Assembly: GCA_963760795.1 (NCBI GenBank)
Contig: CAVXEP010000013.1
Coordinates: 32,001-96,000 of the forward strand
Direction of reading: 5' to 3'
Length of the DNA: 64,000 nt
Source of the DNA: an uncultured delta proteobacterium
GTDB lineage: Bacteria > Desulfobacterota > Binatia > UBA9968
Positions 41,501-51,951 of the stretch are shown piece after piece (position 1 is the first letter of the stretch; each line of letters opens with the position of its first letter). The position numbers and the translations under genes are program-made. The notes beneath the pieces were generated by a model. It searched no databases and was not told the origin of the DNA. It saw nothing but the letters and a program-made list of their open reading frames with translations.

Positions 41501-43195
41501 TTATTCGGCGATACCCACCTTAGCGCCCAATTTCCGCGCCACCATGGCCATGGAAACCAGCAGTAAGACCATCAACACACCCAGCGCGCAGACGTAGGTA
41601 TACTGGCCGCCTTCCCATAAATCGAACGCCATGATCGACAACACCGTGCTGTTGTAGGAATAGAGCAAGATCGAGGTCGACAGCTCGCGCAGGGCGATGA
41701 TGCTGATGTAAATCCAGCCGGCGGTAAAGCCCGGCATCAGCAGCGGCAAAATGATTTTCCAAAAGGTTTGAAACCAAGTGCCACCGGCGGTAAAGGACGC
41801 CTCCTCGAGTTCCTTATTGATCTGGATCATCGAGGCGGATGCGGCGCGAATGCCATAAGGAATATACTTGGTCATGTAGGCCAGGAGCAAAACCCAAATC
41901 GTGCCATAGATTGGGATCGGTAAGGTAAGATAGACCCAGATCAGACTAACGCCAAGCACGATTCCGGGCATGGCGATTGGGATAAACGTCATGGTGTCGA
42001 GAAACGCCCGGCCCGGCAACTTAGTCTTGACGGTAATCCACGCGATCACCGAGGTGAGCAACATCACCAACGTGGCGGTTCCGACGGAGAGATAAAAGCT
42101 ATTTTTAAACGCCGTCGCCGCCAACGGATAATTGAGAATATAGTGATAATTGCCCCAGGTCATTTTCCCCGCCAGTTCCCAGGACGGCACGCCGTAATAG
42201 GGAATAAACGACGACCAGAGCAGGACAAAGATCGGCAGGATCACCGCCAGAAAGAAAACCAGAAACGAGATGCCGAGGGTGAGCCACTTCCAATGGCCGA
42301 GATCGATCACCCGCGGCCGGTAGCCTTTGCCGGTTACCGTCGCATAGCGCTCTTCCCTGCGGGTGATCTTGCCATAGATCAATACCCCGATGGTGCTGAT
42401 CGCCAACAAGGTCACCGCGTAGGCGCCGGCCAGGCCGAAATCCGAGGGAAACTGGTGGATCGCGAGAAAAATCTTGGTGGTAAAAACCGAAATCTTCGCC
42501 GGCACGCCGATCAAGGCCGGCACTTCGAAGGCCTCGATGCCGCGAATGAAGTTGATCAAGAGCACGCTCACCATCGCCGGCCGCATGAGCGGCAGTGTCA
42601 CCGTGCGAAAGGTTTGAAAGGTGCTCGATCCGGCGGTCAACGCCGCCTCCTCCAGCGACGTGTCCATATTGCGGAACGCGGCCGACATCAAGAGAAAAAC
42701 CAACGGGTAGAGATGAATCGACTCGGCCCAGATCATGCCCCACATCGAATAGACGTTGAACGGCGCCGCTTCCAGGCCCAACGCCTCCTTGACGACGATG
42801 TTGATCAGGCCGATCTTCGGACTCAAGAGCAGAATCCACGAAATCGTGCTCAAGATCCCAGGGATGATAAAAGGGATCAACGACATGACCATGAAGAGTT
42901 TTTTGAGTGGCGTGTTGGTGCGCTCGCTCACCCAAGCGAGAAAGGTACCGATCAAGAAGGTCAGCGTGCAGGTGCCCAGTGCGTAATAAACCGAGTTGAG
43001 CAGCAGTAGATAGAACTCTTTGTCGACATAAGCCTTGACGTAATTGGCGATGGTGAAATGAGCGCCAGGCTCGCCGATGGGAGCGCTTCTGATGCTGCCG
43101 TAGAGCAGCATCAGAAGCGGAATCCCGGCAAGATATAAGACGAAAAGAGTGCAGCCTACGAGGATGAGAGACTGGGAATTAAAACGATTCCCCAT
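41501..43195 (-). CDS. ABC permease, FbpB-type (two EAA repeats)
   Basis: SLEEAALTAG and ELEEASFTAG; multiple TM helices. Confidence 0.92.
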   Translation of the reverse strand: MGNRFNSQSLILVGCTLFVLYLAGIPLLMLLYGSIRSAPIGEPGAHFTIANYVKAYVDKEFYLLLLNSVYYALGTCTLTFLIGTFLAWVSERTNTPLKKLFMVMSLIPFIIPGILSTISWILLLSPKIGLINIVVKEALGLEAAPFNVYSMWGMIWAESIHLYPLVFLLMSAAFRNMDTSLEEAALTAGSSTFQTFRTVTLPLMRPAMVSVLLINFIRGIEAFEVPALIGVPAKISVFTTKIFLAIHQFPSDFGLAGAYAVTLLAISTIGVLIYGKITRREERYATVTGKGYRPRVIDLGHWKWLTLGISFLVFFLAVILPIFVLLWSSFIPYYGVPSWELAGKMTWGNYHYILNYPLAATAFKNSFYLSVGTATLVMLLTSVIAWITVKTKLPGRAFLDTMTFIPIAMPGIVLGVSLIWVYLTLPIPIYGTIWVLLLAYMTKYIPYGIRAASASMIQINKELEEASFTAGGTWFQTFWKIILPLLMPGFTAGWIYISIIALRELSTSILLYSYNSTVLSIMAFDLWEGGQYTYVCALGVLMVLLLVSMAMVARKLGAKVGIAE

Positions 43196-43230
43196 ATGGA
43201 AGCCGATCTAGAACTCGAGACCATTAGTCA

Positions 43231-44046
43231 TTAATTATTGATGTTTGTAACGACCTGATCGGCGAGCATGGTCTTTTTGACTTCTTCTTCGATCAAAGTC
43301 CACAGCTCGTCTTCATACTTGAGGAACTGCGGATCGCGCTTGATCGACAAATCGCGCGGCCGCGGTAGGTTGACGGGAATCATTTTCTTGACCCGCCCAG
43401 GGCGCGAGCCGAAAACGATCACCCGATCCGCCAGAAAGATCGCCTCACTGATCTGATGGGTAATGAAGAGCACGGTCTTGCCGGACTCTTTCCAAATGCG
43501 CAAGAGCTCGGCCTGCATGATTTCGCGGGTCTGCGCGTCCAGGGCGGCGAAGGGCTCGTCCATGATGAGGATCTTCGGGTCGACTGTGAGCGCCCGCGCG
43601 AGATTGCAGCGTTGCTGCATACCGCCGGACAATTCATGGGGATAGTGTTCCTCAAATCCCTGCAACCCGACCAGCTTGATAAAACCCATGGCGCGCTCGA
43701 TCCCCTCCGCGTTATCCAGGCCCTGGCACTCAAGGCCGAAAATGACGTTCTTCAACACCGTACGCCACGGCATCAAGCAAGAGTCTTGGAACACCATGCC
43801 GCGGTCGATGCCGGGGCCAGTCACCGTTTTGCCATCGATCGAAATATGCCCCGCCGTCGGTTTGAGCAGACCATCGCACAGATTGATGAAGGTGGTTTTA
43901 CCGCAACCGCTGGGTCCGACGATGGTAACGAATTCGCCTTCGTTCACTTCGAGGTTGATCTGGTCCAAGGCCAAGAGCCTGCCACCAGTTCTCGGCTGAT
44001 AATACTCATGCCGTAATCCGACTGCCTGTAGTTTTGTCTGTGCCAC
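43231..44046 (-). CDS. ABC ATP-binding protein, NitT/TauT-type
   Basis: GPSGCGKT, YPHELSGGMQQR, MDEPFAALD, SRPGRVK. Confidence 0.93.
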   Translation of the reverse strand: MAQTKLQAVGLRHEYYQPRTGGRLLALDQINLEVNEGEFVTIVGPSGCGKTTFINLCDGLLKPTAGHISIDGKTVTGPGIDRGMVFQDSCLMPWRTVLKNVIFGLECQGLDNAEGIERAMGFIKLVGLQGFEEHYPHELSGGMQQRCNLARALTVDPKILIMDEPFAALDAQTREIMQAELLRIWKESGKTVLFITHQISEAIFLADRVIVFGSRPGRVKKMIPVNLPRPRDLSIKRDPQFLKYEDELWTLIEEEVKKTMLADQVVTNINN

Positions 44047-44216
44047 AATGCCTCCTAAAATATATTGACGTTTTGCCGCAGTTTTACTGGTTGTAAGTCA
44101 ACCGCAAGCGGGTGGGCCCCTTGGGTCGCATGACTCATTATCATTTTCCACCGTTAATTCAAGCAAAAAGTTCGCTTCGTTGACAACCCAAACCGGATCG
44201 GATAATTTTCGCACCG

Positions 44217-44238
44217 TTGCATAAACTATTTTATGCAA
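44217..44238. promoter_or_regulatory. Palindromic operator candidate
   Basis: TTGCATAAA-ctat-TTTATGCAA, a perfect inverted repeat just upstream of the GntR gene in the divergent region. Confidence 0.65.
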
Positions 44239-44248
44239 AATCGCGCCG

Positions 44249-44971
44249 ATGACATTCCCGCTCAAAAAATCTAAAACCAAAACGACGCTCGCTGTCGAAA
44301 ACCTCTCAGCCCGCGTTTACCACCAAGTCAAACAGTTAATCCTGTGCAACGAAATCATGCCGGGACAAAAATTGCATCATCAACAGCTCAGTGAACGTCT
44401 CGGCGTCAGTCGCACTCCGGTGCGCGAAGCATTGACCCGACTCGGGCAGGAAGGATACGTGTCCTTTCTGCCGAATCGGGGTTTTACCTGCAAAGAAATT
44501 AGATTACAAGAGGCCGAAGAACTCTACGAGCTGCGCGAATCTCTCGAGGCTTTCGCCGTCGAAAAAGCCGTCGAGAAACTGACCGACCAAGCCCTCGCGG
44601 AGTTGCGCCAGCGGTTGGATATCTACGGCGACGACGTGCAAAACCGTTTCACCCGGGAACGGCTGGTATACGACCAGGACGTCCATCTCCATATTGCCCA
44701 AATCGCCGGCAACGAGACCCTGAAAAATACCTTGAGCTATGTTTTCGAGCGCATCGTGCTCAAACGCCGCACCGACGGCATTTATGACCCGGCGCGCGGA
44801 CTCATGGCCCATCAAGAACATACCGAGCTATTCGCAGCGATGGCCCGGCGCGACGCCCGCGCCGCCGTCGCCATCATGCGCAAGCATATCCAAGCCGGCA
44901 AAAAAAATGTCATTGCCGACCTGCGGCAGCGCCAAGCGATCCGCGAGCTGCGACCCGCGGAATTGATCTAG
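44249..44971 (+). CDS. GntR-family (FCD) transcriptional regulator
   Basis: LGVSRTPVREAL, ELYELRESLE, QEH...RDARAA...HI. Confidence 0.93.
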   Translation: MTFPLKKSKTKTTLAVENLSARVYHQVKQLILCNEIMPGQKLHHQQLSERLGVSRTPVREALTRLGQEGYVSFLPNRGFTCKEIRLQEAEELYELRESLEAFAVEKAVEKLTDQALAELRQRLDIYGDDVQNRFTRERLVYDQDVHLHIAQIAGNETLKNTLSYVFERIVLKRRTDGIYDPARGLMAHQEHTELFAAMARRDARAAVAIMRKHIQAGKKNVIADLRQRQAIRELRPAELI

Positions 44972-45003
44972 GACCGGAAAACCAACAGAAGAAAGGGAGA
45001 ATT

Positions 45004-46374
45004 ATGGCAGCAGATCTAGTTATCAAAGGCGGTTGGGTGGTGACACCCGACGCAACATTTAAAGGCGGCGTGGCGATCAGCAACCAAGTGATCGTCGCCA
45101 TCGGCGACGATGCTTCACTGCCCGAAGGCAAGGAGGTCATCGACGTCAAAGGCAAACATATCTTGCCGGGCTTATTCGACGGCCACGTCCATTTCCGCGA
45201 ACCGGGCATGACTCACAAAGAGGATTTCAACACCGGCTCCACCGCGGCGGTCTGCGGCGGCATCACTACCGTCGTCGATATGCCGAACACCGTGCCGCCT
45301 ACGGCCGACGCCGAGCAGGTCAAAGTTAAGAAGGAACTGGGCGAAGCCAAATCCCTGGTCGACTTTGGCATCACCGGCGTCGTCGTCCAGACCAACACCA
45401 AAGACATTCTACCCATGGCCGCCGCCGGCGTCATCGGTTACAAGATCTTCTTTGGCGAGACCATCGGTAATCTGCCCTTCCCCGATGACGGCATGTGCGT
45501 CGAAGCGTTCGATTACATCGCCCAGTCTAAGCTACCCTTGGGCATCCACGCCGAGAACCGTCAAATCATGGCTTACAACACCAATAAGCTGAAGACCGAA
45601 GGCAAGAACGAAGCGCGCTACTGGGAAGCCTCCCGGCCGGATATCTGCGAAGCGGAATCCGTGCATCACGCGATCTTCTTCGCCGAGACCTTTGGCACCA
45701 AGCTGCATGTATTTCACATGAGCTCGAAGCAAGCCGCTTACATGGTGCGCGACGCCAAGGCGCGCGGCATGAGAATCACCGCGGAGACGGGCCCGCATTA
45801 CTTGCTGCGCGAGCCCAACGACATGGATAAAGTCGGTTCGTTGTTGAAGATGAATCCGCCGGTCCGGACTAAAGATCACGCCGAGGTGCTCTGGCAGGGA
45901 CTGCGCGAAGGCTTCGTCGACACGCTGGCAACCGACCACTCGCCGCATACTTTGGATGAAAAGGGCTCGGACATCTACGGCAAGCTCACCAAGCCGGCGA
46001 TCTGGGACTGCATCTCGGGCTTCTGCGGCGTCGAGACCGGTGTGCCGCTGATCTTGACCGAAGTAAACAAAGGCCGCTTGACCTTGAACCAATACGTCAA
46101 AGTGGCCTCTGAGAACCCCGCCAAAGTTTGGCAGGTCTATCCTAAGAAAGGCGCCATCCGCTTGGGCTCCGACGGCGACATCACCGTCGTCGACATGGAT
46201 AAAGAAGGCACCATCGACGTCAACAAGCTGCACAGCAAGAACAAGCCCTCGCCTTGGCATGGCTGGAAAGTCAAAGGCATGCCGGTGCTCACGGTCGTGC
46301 GCGGTCACGTGCAAATGCGAGACGGCGAGCCCTGCGGCAAAGCGATCGGCAAAGCACTCAAGCCGATCATCTAA
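45004..46374 (+). CDS. Cyclic amidohydrolase (allantoinase/dihydroorotase family)
   Basis: DGHVHFREPG, GGITTVVDMPN, KMNPPVR, ATDHSPH. Confidence 0.9.
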   Translation: MAADLVIKGGWVVTPDATFKGGVAISNQVIVAIGDDASLPEGKEVIDVKGKHILPGLFDGHVHFREPGMTHKEDFNTGSTAAVCGGITTVVDMPNTVPPTADAEQVKVKKELGEAKSLVDFGITGVVVQTNTKDILPMAAAGVIGYKIFFGETIGNLPFPDDGMCVEAFDYIAQSKLPLGIHAENRQIMAYNTNKLKTEGKNEARYWEASRPDICEAESVHHAIFFAETFGTKLHVFHMSSKQAAYMVRDAKARGMRITAETGPHYLLREPNDMDKVGSLLKMNPPVRTKDHAEVLWQGLREGFVDTLATDHSPHTLDEKGSDIYGKLTKPAIWDCISGFCGVETGVPLILTEVNKGRLTLNQYVKVASENPAKVWQVYPKKGAIRLGSDGDITVVDMDKEGTIDVNKLHSKNKPSPWHGWKVKGMPVLTVVRGHVQMRDGEPCGKAIGKALKPII

Positions 46375-46387
46375 AGACGGGGAAAAA

Positions 46388-46476
46388 ATGGAGTGATGGA
46401 GATGAGTGGAATGTTGGAGTGATGGGTTCGGGCTCTCCGACCCAATACCCCATTACTCCAACACTCCATCACTCCC
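46388..46476. repeat. Inverted octamer array
   Basis: tggagtgatgga...ttactccaacactccatcactcc. Confidence 0.8.
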
Positions 46477-46551
46477 GATCCGCACTGGCGCATTGCACGA
46501 AGCCTATGCCCCCTGAAATTATAGTTAGTTCCAGCCAGGAAGAGTAGTTTC

Positions 46552-47473
46552 ATGAAACGCACCGAAGCATTCGATTTCTACCAGCCGGCGACGCTCCAAG
46601 AAGCGAGCCGGCTGCTCAAGGCACAATGGCCCCGGTGGACGCTTTCTCGCCGGCGGCACCGACCTGGTCATCGCCATGAAAGAGAAAGGGCTGGTGCCTA
46701 AGTACATCGTCGACTTAAAGCGCGTGCCCGGCCTCGCCGGCATCCGCGAAAATGGCGACGGCAGTATCACCCTGGGCGCGTTGACGACCCTGTATGCCAT
46801 CGAGACCTCGGCACTGATCAAGAAGAAATTTCCGTTTCTAGCGCAAAGCGCTGCGGAAGTCGGCTCGATCCAGATTCGCAACCGCGCCACCATCGGCGGC
46901 AATATGGCCAACGCCTCGCCGTCTGCCGATACTTCGCCGGCGCTCATGGCGCTCGGCGCCACCGCGACCATCGCCAATGGCGCAGGCGCAAGAACAGTTG
47001 CCGTAGAAGATTTTTTCACAGGTCCGGGCCAGAGTGTGATGAACGCCGATGACGTCCTCAGTGAAATTACCATTCCAAAAACCGCCGCCAATCTGGTCGG
47101 CGAGTATATAAAATTTTCCCCGCGGGAAATGATGGACCTGGCTTACGTCGGCGTCGCCGTGGCGTACAATCTCGGCGCCCAAAATGCCAATGACAAAATA
47201 TGCTCGGGCGTGCGCATCGTCTTGGGCGCCGTGGCACCGACACCGATCCGCGCCAAACGCGCCGAAGCGGCGCTCGAAGGCCAAGTTCTCAGCGAAGCCC
47301 TGGCGGAGAAAGCCGGCCAGATCGCCGCCGAAGAGGCCAAACCGATTAGCGACGTGCGCTCATCGGCCGACTATCGCCGCGCCATGGTTGGCACCATGAC
47401 CAAACGCGCCCTGCTCAACGCCGCCACCGGCCCAGCGCAATCCTGGTACGACCGGCGCGATCGAAGATATTAG
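46552..47473 (+). CDS. Molybdenum hydroxylase FAD-binding (medium) subunit (frameshift ~46620)
   Basis: AGGTDL, QIRNRATIGGN, ASPSAD, PISDVRSSADYR. Confidence 0.9.
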
Positions 47474-47477
47474 CATC

Positions 47478-47565
47478 ATGGAGTGATGGAGTAATGGAAT
47501 GTTGGAGTGATGGGTTTTCTGATTCCGAGCCCAACACTCCAATACTCCACCCCTCCAACACTCCA
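47478..47565. repeat. Inverted octamer array inside the Mo-hydroxylase operon
   Basis: atggagtgatggagtaatggaatgttggagtg...acactccaatactccacccctccaacactcca. Confidence 0.8.
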
Positions 47566-47585
47566 GTTGTAAATTGGAGTTACCG

Positions 47586-48065
47586 ATGAACACAAAAATC
47601 CAATTCACCCTCAACGGTAAGCCGGTCAGCCGCGAGGTCCAGACCCATCGACTCCTGCTTGACCTGCTGCGCGACGAGATCGGCGCCACCGGCACCAAGG
47701 AAGGCTGCGGCACCGGCGACTGCGGCGCCTGCACGGTGATGATGAACGGCAAGCCGGTGAACTCCTGTCTGATTCTTTCCGGCGAATTGGACGGCGCCGA
47801 TATCATCACCATCGAAGGCTTGAAAATCGGCCCCGAGCTTCATCCGGTGCAACAGGCATTCGTTCAAGATGGCGGCGCCCAATGCGGCTACTGCACGCCG
47901 GGCATGTTGATGATGTCCAAAGCTTTACTCGACGACAATCCCAATCCGACCGAGGAAGAAATTCGCTACGCCCTCTCCGGCAACCTCTGCCGCTGCACCG
48001 GTTACGCGAAGATCGTCCAGGCGGTACAAGATGCCGCCGTCATGCTGCGCGCGAAAAACCCGTAA
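47586..48065 (+). CDS. Molybdenum hydroxylase 2x[2Fe-2S] (small) subunit
   Basis: GCGTGDCGAC, QCGYCTPG, GNLCRCTGY. Confidence 0.95.
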   Translation: MNTKIQFTLNGKPVSREVQTHRLLLDLLRDEIGATGTKEGCGTGDCGACTVMMNGKPVNSCLILSGELDGADIITIEGLKIGPELHPVQQAFVQDGGAQCGYCTPGMLMMSKALLDDNPNPTEEEIRYALSGNLCRCTGYAKIVQAVQDAAVMLRAKNP

Positions 48066-48116
48066 GTCGCAGCATAGCTTTGACCTTGAACCCTTGAACT
48101 AATTTTGGAGCGAACC

Positions 48117-50429
48117 ATGGCAGAACTCACAGTTGTCGGCAAACCGGTCACGCGCGTCGATGCCAATGAAAAAGTTACCGGACAAATAGTCTATGGATAC
48201 GATCTCGCCCTGCCGAACATGCTTTACGGCAAGACGCTGTTTAGCCCCAAGGCCCACGCGAAAATCATCAGCATCCATACCGACAAAGCCAAAGCGCTGC
48301 CCGGCGTCGTTGCCGTCGTCACTGGCGCAGATGCGCCTTGGACCCACGGCGAGGCCGTCAAAGACAAGCCGTTCTTGGCGCAGGGCAAAGTGCGCTATAT
48401 CGGCGAGCCGGTGGCGGCGGTGGCCGCCGAGGACGAAGATATCGCCCAAGCGGCGGTGAAGCTCATCGAAGTCGAATATGAAGATCTGCCGGTTTACACC
48501 GATCCCGAAGCGGCCTGTAAACCGGGTTGCATGGAGATCCACGAAGAATACGACAGCTATCGCAAGGCCAACTTTATGGTTCGCGGCAGCGCGCCCAATG
48601 TCGCCGAGCATTTCAAACTGCGCACCGGCGATGTCGCCAAAGGTTTTGCCGAATCGGACCTGGTGCTCGAAGAAAAATATTTCGTGCCGATGATCCAGCA
48701 TGCCGCCATGGAGCCCCATTCGGCGCATGCGCAGTGGGATAAGCAGTCCGGTCGTCTGACCATTTGGGTCGCCAACGATGCGCCGTTCCGCGCCCTGCAC
48801 GAGATCTCCGAAGCTCTCGACATGGCCAAGGAAAAAATCCGCTTCATCAATCCGGCCCAAGGCGGCGGTTTCGGCTCCAAGGGCGGTCTCAAATGCGAAC
48901 CCATCGCGGTGGCGTTGGCATTCCATACCAACGGCCGGCCGGTGCGGGTGAAGTTCAACCGCGAGGAGACTTTTATCTCGACGCTGACACGTCACGAAGC
49001 AGTGGTCTATTCCAAGACCGGCGTAAAGAAAGACGGCACCATGATGGCTCGCGAAATGACGATCTACTGGGGCGCCGGCGCCTACGCCGAGAAAAGCCCG
49101 ACGGTGTGCATCCGCGGCAGCTTGCCCGCGCCGGGACCCTATAGAATTCCCCATGTCAAAGTCGACGGCTACGCGGTTTATACCAATAAGCCGGTGGCCG
49201 GCTCCTATCGCGGTTACGGCATCCCCCAGGGCGCCTGGGCCGGCGAACAGCAGATGGACGAGCTGGCGAAAAAACTCGGCATGGACCCAATCGACATTCG
49301 CATGAAGAATATCTTCGTCGAAGGCGATACCTCGTACTGGGGTGAGAAACTCCACGCCGTCGGCTTGAAAGAAACCCTGGTCAAAGCCACCGAGGCGATC
49401 GATTACGGCAAGCCGTCGACCGTCAATAAGCCTGGCCTGAAAATCGGCAAGGGCTTCGCCTGCATTCAAAAACCGACCCGCTCGCCGACCACTTCCAACG
49501 CCGGCGTCACCGTCAATGCCCAAGGCGAAGTCACCGTGTTCGCCGGAACGGTGGAAATTGGCCAAGGGTGTAATACGATCTTGTCGCAAGTGGCCGCCGA
49601 AGAGTTAAAAGTCCCCATGGATAAAGTGCTCATGCACCAGCTCGACACCGACGTCATCCCCTACGACGCCTCGACGACCTCGAGCCGGAGCACCTATCAT
49701 ATGGGCAACGCCGTGCGCAGCGCCTCGATTCACGCCCGCGAACAGATCATGGAAGCGGCGGCGCCAATGCTCGAAGTCGGCGTCCAAGAGCTCGTCCTCG
49801 GTGACGGTAAAGTTTTCGCCAAAGACCAACCGCAACAATCACTGTCCATCGGCGAAGTCGTCAAGCGCAAGCTCGGCATCAACGGCATCGTCCGCGGCGA
49901 CGCGTCGTACACCTATGAAATCGGCAAAGACCTGGATTTGGAGACTGGCCACAGCGATCATGCGTCGGCATTTTATATGTATGCCACCCAGGCCGCCGAA
50001 GTCAGCGTCGACGAAGAGAGCGGCCGCGTCCGGGTGCTCAGAATGTCGGCCGCCCATGATGTCGGCAAGGCGATCAATCCGCTCAACTGCGTCGCGCAAA
50101 TCGAAGGCGGCGTGGTCATGGGCATCGGCTCGGCGATCCATGAAGAGATGATCATCGACGCCACCGGCAAAGTGCGCAATCCGTCGTTCCTCGATTACCA
50201 TCTGGTCACCTCCCTCGATTGTCCGGAGATGATTCCGATCATTGTCGAATGCCACGAGCCCGAAGGTCCCTACGGCGCCAAAGGTTTGGGCGAACCGGGT
50301 CTGGCGCCGACCCCCGCCGCCATCGGCAATGCCGTCGCCGACGCCACCGGCGTGCGCATCTACGATCTGCCGCTCAAGCCGGAAAACGTTTTCTGGGCGC
50401 TGCAGAAGAATAAAAAAAGCGCCGCATAA
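48117..50429 (+). CDS. Xanthine oxidase-family molybdopterin-binding (large) subunit
   Basis: GGGFGSK, GAY, YRGYG, EIGQG, SSSRS, AKGLGEP. Confidence 0.95.
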   Translation: MAELTVVGKPVTRVDANEKVTGQIVYGYDLALPNMLYGKTLFSPKAHAKIISIHTDKAKALPGVVAVVTGADAPWTHGEAVKDKPFLAQGKVRYIGEPVAAVAAEDEDIAQAAVKLIEVEYEDLPVYTDPEAACKPGCMEIHEEYDSYRKANFMVRGSAPNVAEHFKLRTGDVAKGFAESDLVLEEKYFVPMIQHAAMEPHSAHAQWDKQSGRLTIWVANDAPFRALHEISEALDMAKEKIRFINPAQGGGFGSKGGLKCEPIAVALAFHTNGRPVRVKFNREETFISTLTRHEAVVYSKTGVKKDGTMMAREMTIYWGAGAYAEKSPTVCIRGSLPAPGPYRIPHVKVDGYAVYTNKPVAGSYRGYGIPQGAWAGEQQMDELAKKLGMDPIDIRMKNIFVEGDTSYWGEKLHAVGLKETLVKATEAIDYGKPSTVNKPGLKIGKGFACIQKPTRSPTTSNAGVTVNAQGEVTVFAGTVEIGQGCNTILSQVAAEELKVPMDKVLMHQLDTDVIPYDASTTSSRSTYHMGNAVRSASIHAREQIMEAAAPMLEVGVQELVLGDGKVFAKDQPQQSLSIGEVVKRKLGINGIVRGDASYTYEIGKDLDLETGHSDHASAFYMYATQAAEVSVDEESGRVRVLRMSAAHDVGKAINPLNCVAQIEGGVVMGIGSAIHEEMIIDATGKVRNPSFLDYHLVTSLDCPEMIPIIVECHEPEGPYGAKGLGEPGLAPTPAAIGNAVADATGVRIYDLPLKPENVFWALQKNKKSAA

Positions 50430-50531
50430 CCCTTTTATCTCGAATTTCCCACGACTTTCGTTTAACATTTGCGCACCGGCTGAGAGGACAAATCTCAGCC
50501 GGTGAATTTCTCTATTTCGGAGGACCCTGTA

Positions 50532-51704
50532 ATGCGGATGTTATCGCGCCGATTGCTCCCGGCCTTCCTATGGGCTGTGGCAATCTCCTATGGAATACCT
50601 GCCACGGCGGCGGAAACTGGGCCGCGGCCGAGCCAACCCTTAGCCGGCATGCCCGCCGTGGTCGATCCCAACAATCTCTACAGCGAGACCCGCTCGGACA
50701 AGATGAGCCCAGCCGTGGCCAAGCATTTGAGCAGGGTCTACGTGCCCAACCGCACGTCCAACGACGTATGGGTAATCGATCCCGAATCGCTGAAAGTCAT
50801 CGACAAATTCAAAGTCGGCATCAACCCGCAGCACGTCGTGCCGTCATGGGACTTGAAAACCCTCTGGGTCAACAACAACGCCGAAGGGCGCCACGACGGC
50901 AGCGTCACGCCCATCGACCCGCTCACCGGCAAGCCCGGCAAAAATATTCCGGTGGACGATCCTTACAACATGTACTTCACCCCGGACGGCAGCGCCGCCA
51001 TCGTCGTCGCTGAAGCGCGCAAGCGACTGGATTTCCGCGATCCGCAGACAATGGCGATGAAGTATTCCATCGACACGCCGCAATGCGCCGGCATCAACCA
51101 CGCCGACTTTTCCGCCGACGGACGCTACGCGATTTTCACCTGTGAGTTCGCCCAGAGCTTGGCGAAAATCGATCTGGTCGAGAAGAAAGTCGTCGGCTAT
51201 TTGAAACTATCCAAGGGCGGCATGCCGCAAGACGCGCGCATCTCGCCGGACGGCAAAGTATTTTACATCGCCGACATGAAAGCCGAAGGCGTGTTCATCA
51301 TCGATGGTGAGAAGTTTAGCGAAATCGGCCATATCAAGACCGGCCTCGGCACCCATGGCCTCTACCCCAGCCGCGACGGGAAAAAACTCTATGTCGCCAA
51401 TCGCGGCGTGGCAAAAGTCTACGGCCCGCCCAAAGGCAAAGGCAGCGTCAGCGTCGTCGACTTCGCCACGAGAAAAGTCGAAGCGACCTGGACAATCCCC
51501 GGCGGCGGCAGTCCCGACATGGGCAACGTCAGCATCGACGGCAAGCAGCTCTGGCTCTCGGGCCGCTATGACAACGAAGTCTACGTCTTCGACACCGCCA
51601 ATGGCAGCGTCAAAAAAATCCCTGTAAAAACCGAACCCCACGGTCTCACCGTCTGGCCGCAGCCGGGAAGATACTCGCTCGGCCATACTGGGAACATGCG
51701 CTAA
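50532..51704 (+). CDS. Secreted YVTN/YncE-type beta-propeller protein
   Basis: Signal peptide; repeated YVPN/YVAN, SPDG, PHG blades. Confidence 0.85.
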   Translation: MRMLSRRLLPAFLWAVAISYGIPATAAETGPRPSQPLAGMPAVVDPNNLYSETRSDKMSPAVAKHLSRVYVPNRTSNDVWVIDPESLKVIDKFKVGINPQHVVPSWDLKTLWVNNNAEGRHDGSVTPIDPLTGKPGKNIPVDDPYNMYFTPDGSAAIVVAEARKRLDFRDPQTMAMKYSIDTPQCAGINHADFSADGRYAIFTCEFAQSLAKIDLVEKKVVGYLKLSKGGMPQDARISPDGKVFYIADMKAEGVFIIDGEKFSEIGHIKTGLGTHGLYPSRDGKKLYVANRGVAKVYGPPKGKGSVSVVDFATRKVEATWTIPGGGSPDMGNVSIDGKQLWLSGRYDNEVYVFDTANGSVKKIPVKTEPHGLTVWPQPGRYSLGHTGNMR

Positions 51705-51951
51705 GGTGATTTCCGTTTTAATTGTTTGCTTCTTCGAAGCTGCGTCAAGCAACTTGTGATCGACCGCCACGATCGAATGCCCGAGGCGCACGGGACAAGC
51801 GCCGAATAGTAAAGTCGCGCCTTCGCCGCCTTCCGTAGCGATTTCCCGCCCACATCTTGCGCCAGCCGTATCAACTCCGGTAAAACACCTCCATTGCGAT
51901 CAATCGAATAGTTTGATCGGTTCGGATTAGTTAAGTCACTAAGGAGCTCGA

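Noticed and set aside
48099-49589. 496-aa antisense ORF and similar long shadow ORFs (e.g. 42143..43009, 22032..22859, 45532..46314)
   Set aside because: They mirror well-supported genes and are expected from high-GC codon bias
46552-50429. Aerobic CO dehydrogenase (coxMSL)
   Set aside because: The active-site loop is SYRGYG, not the form I AYxCSFR motif
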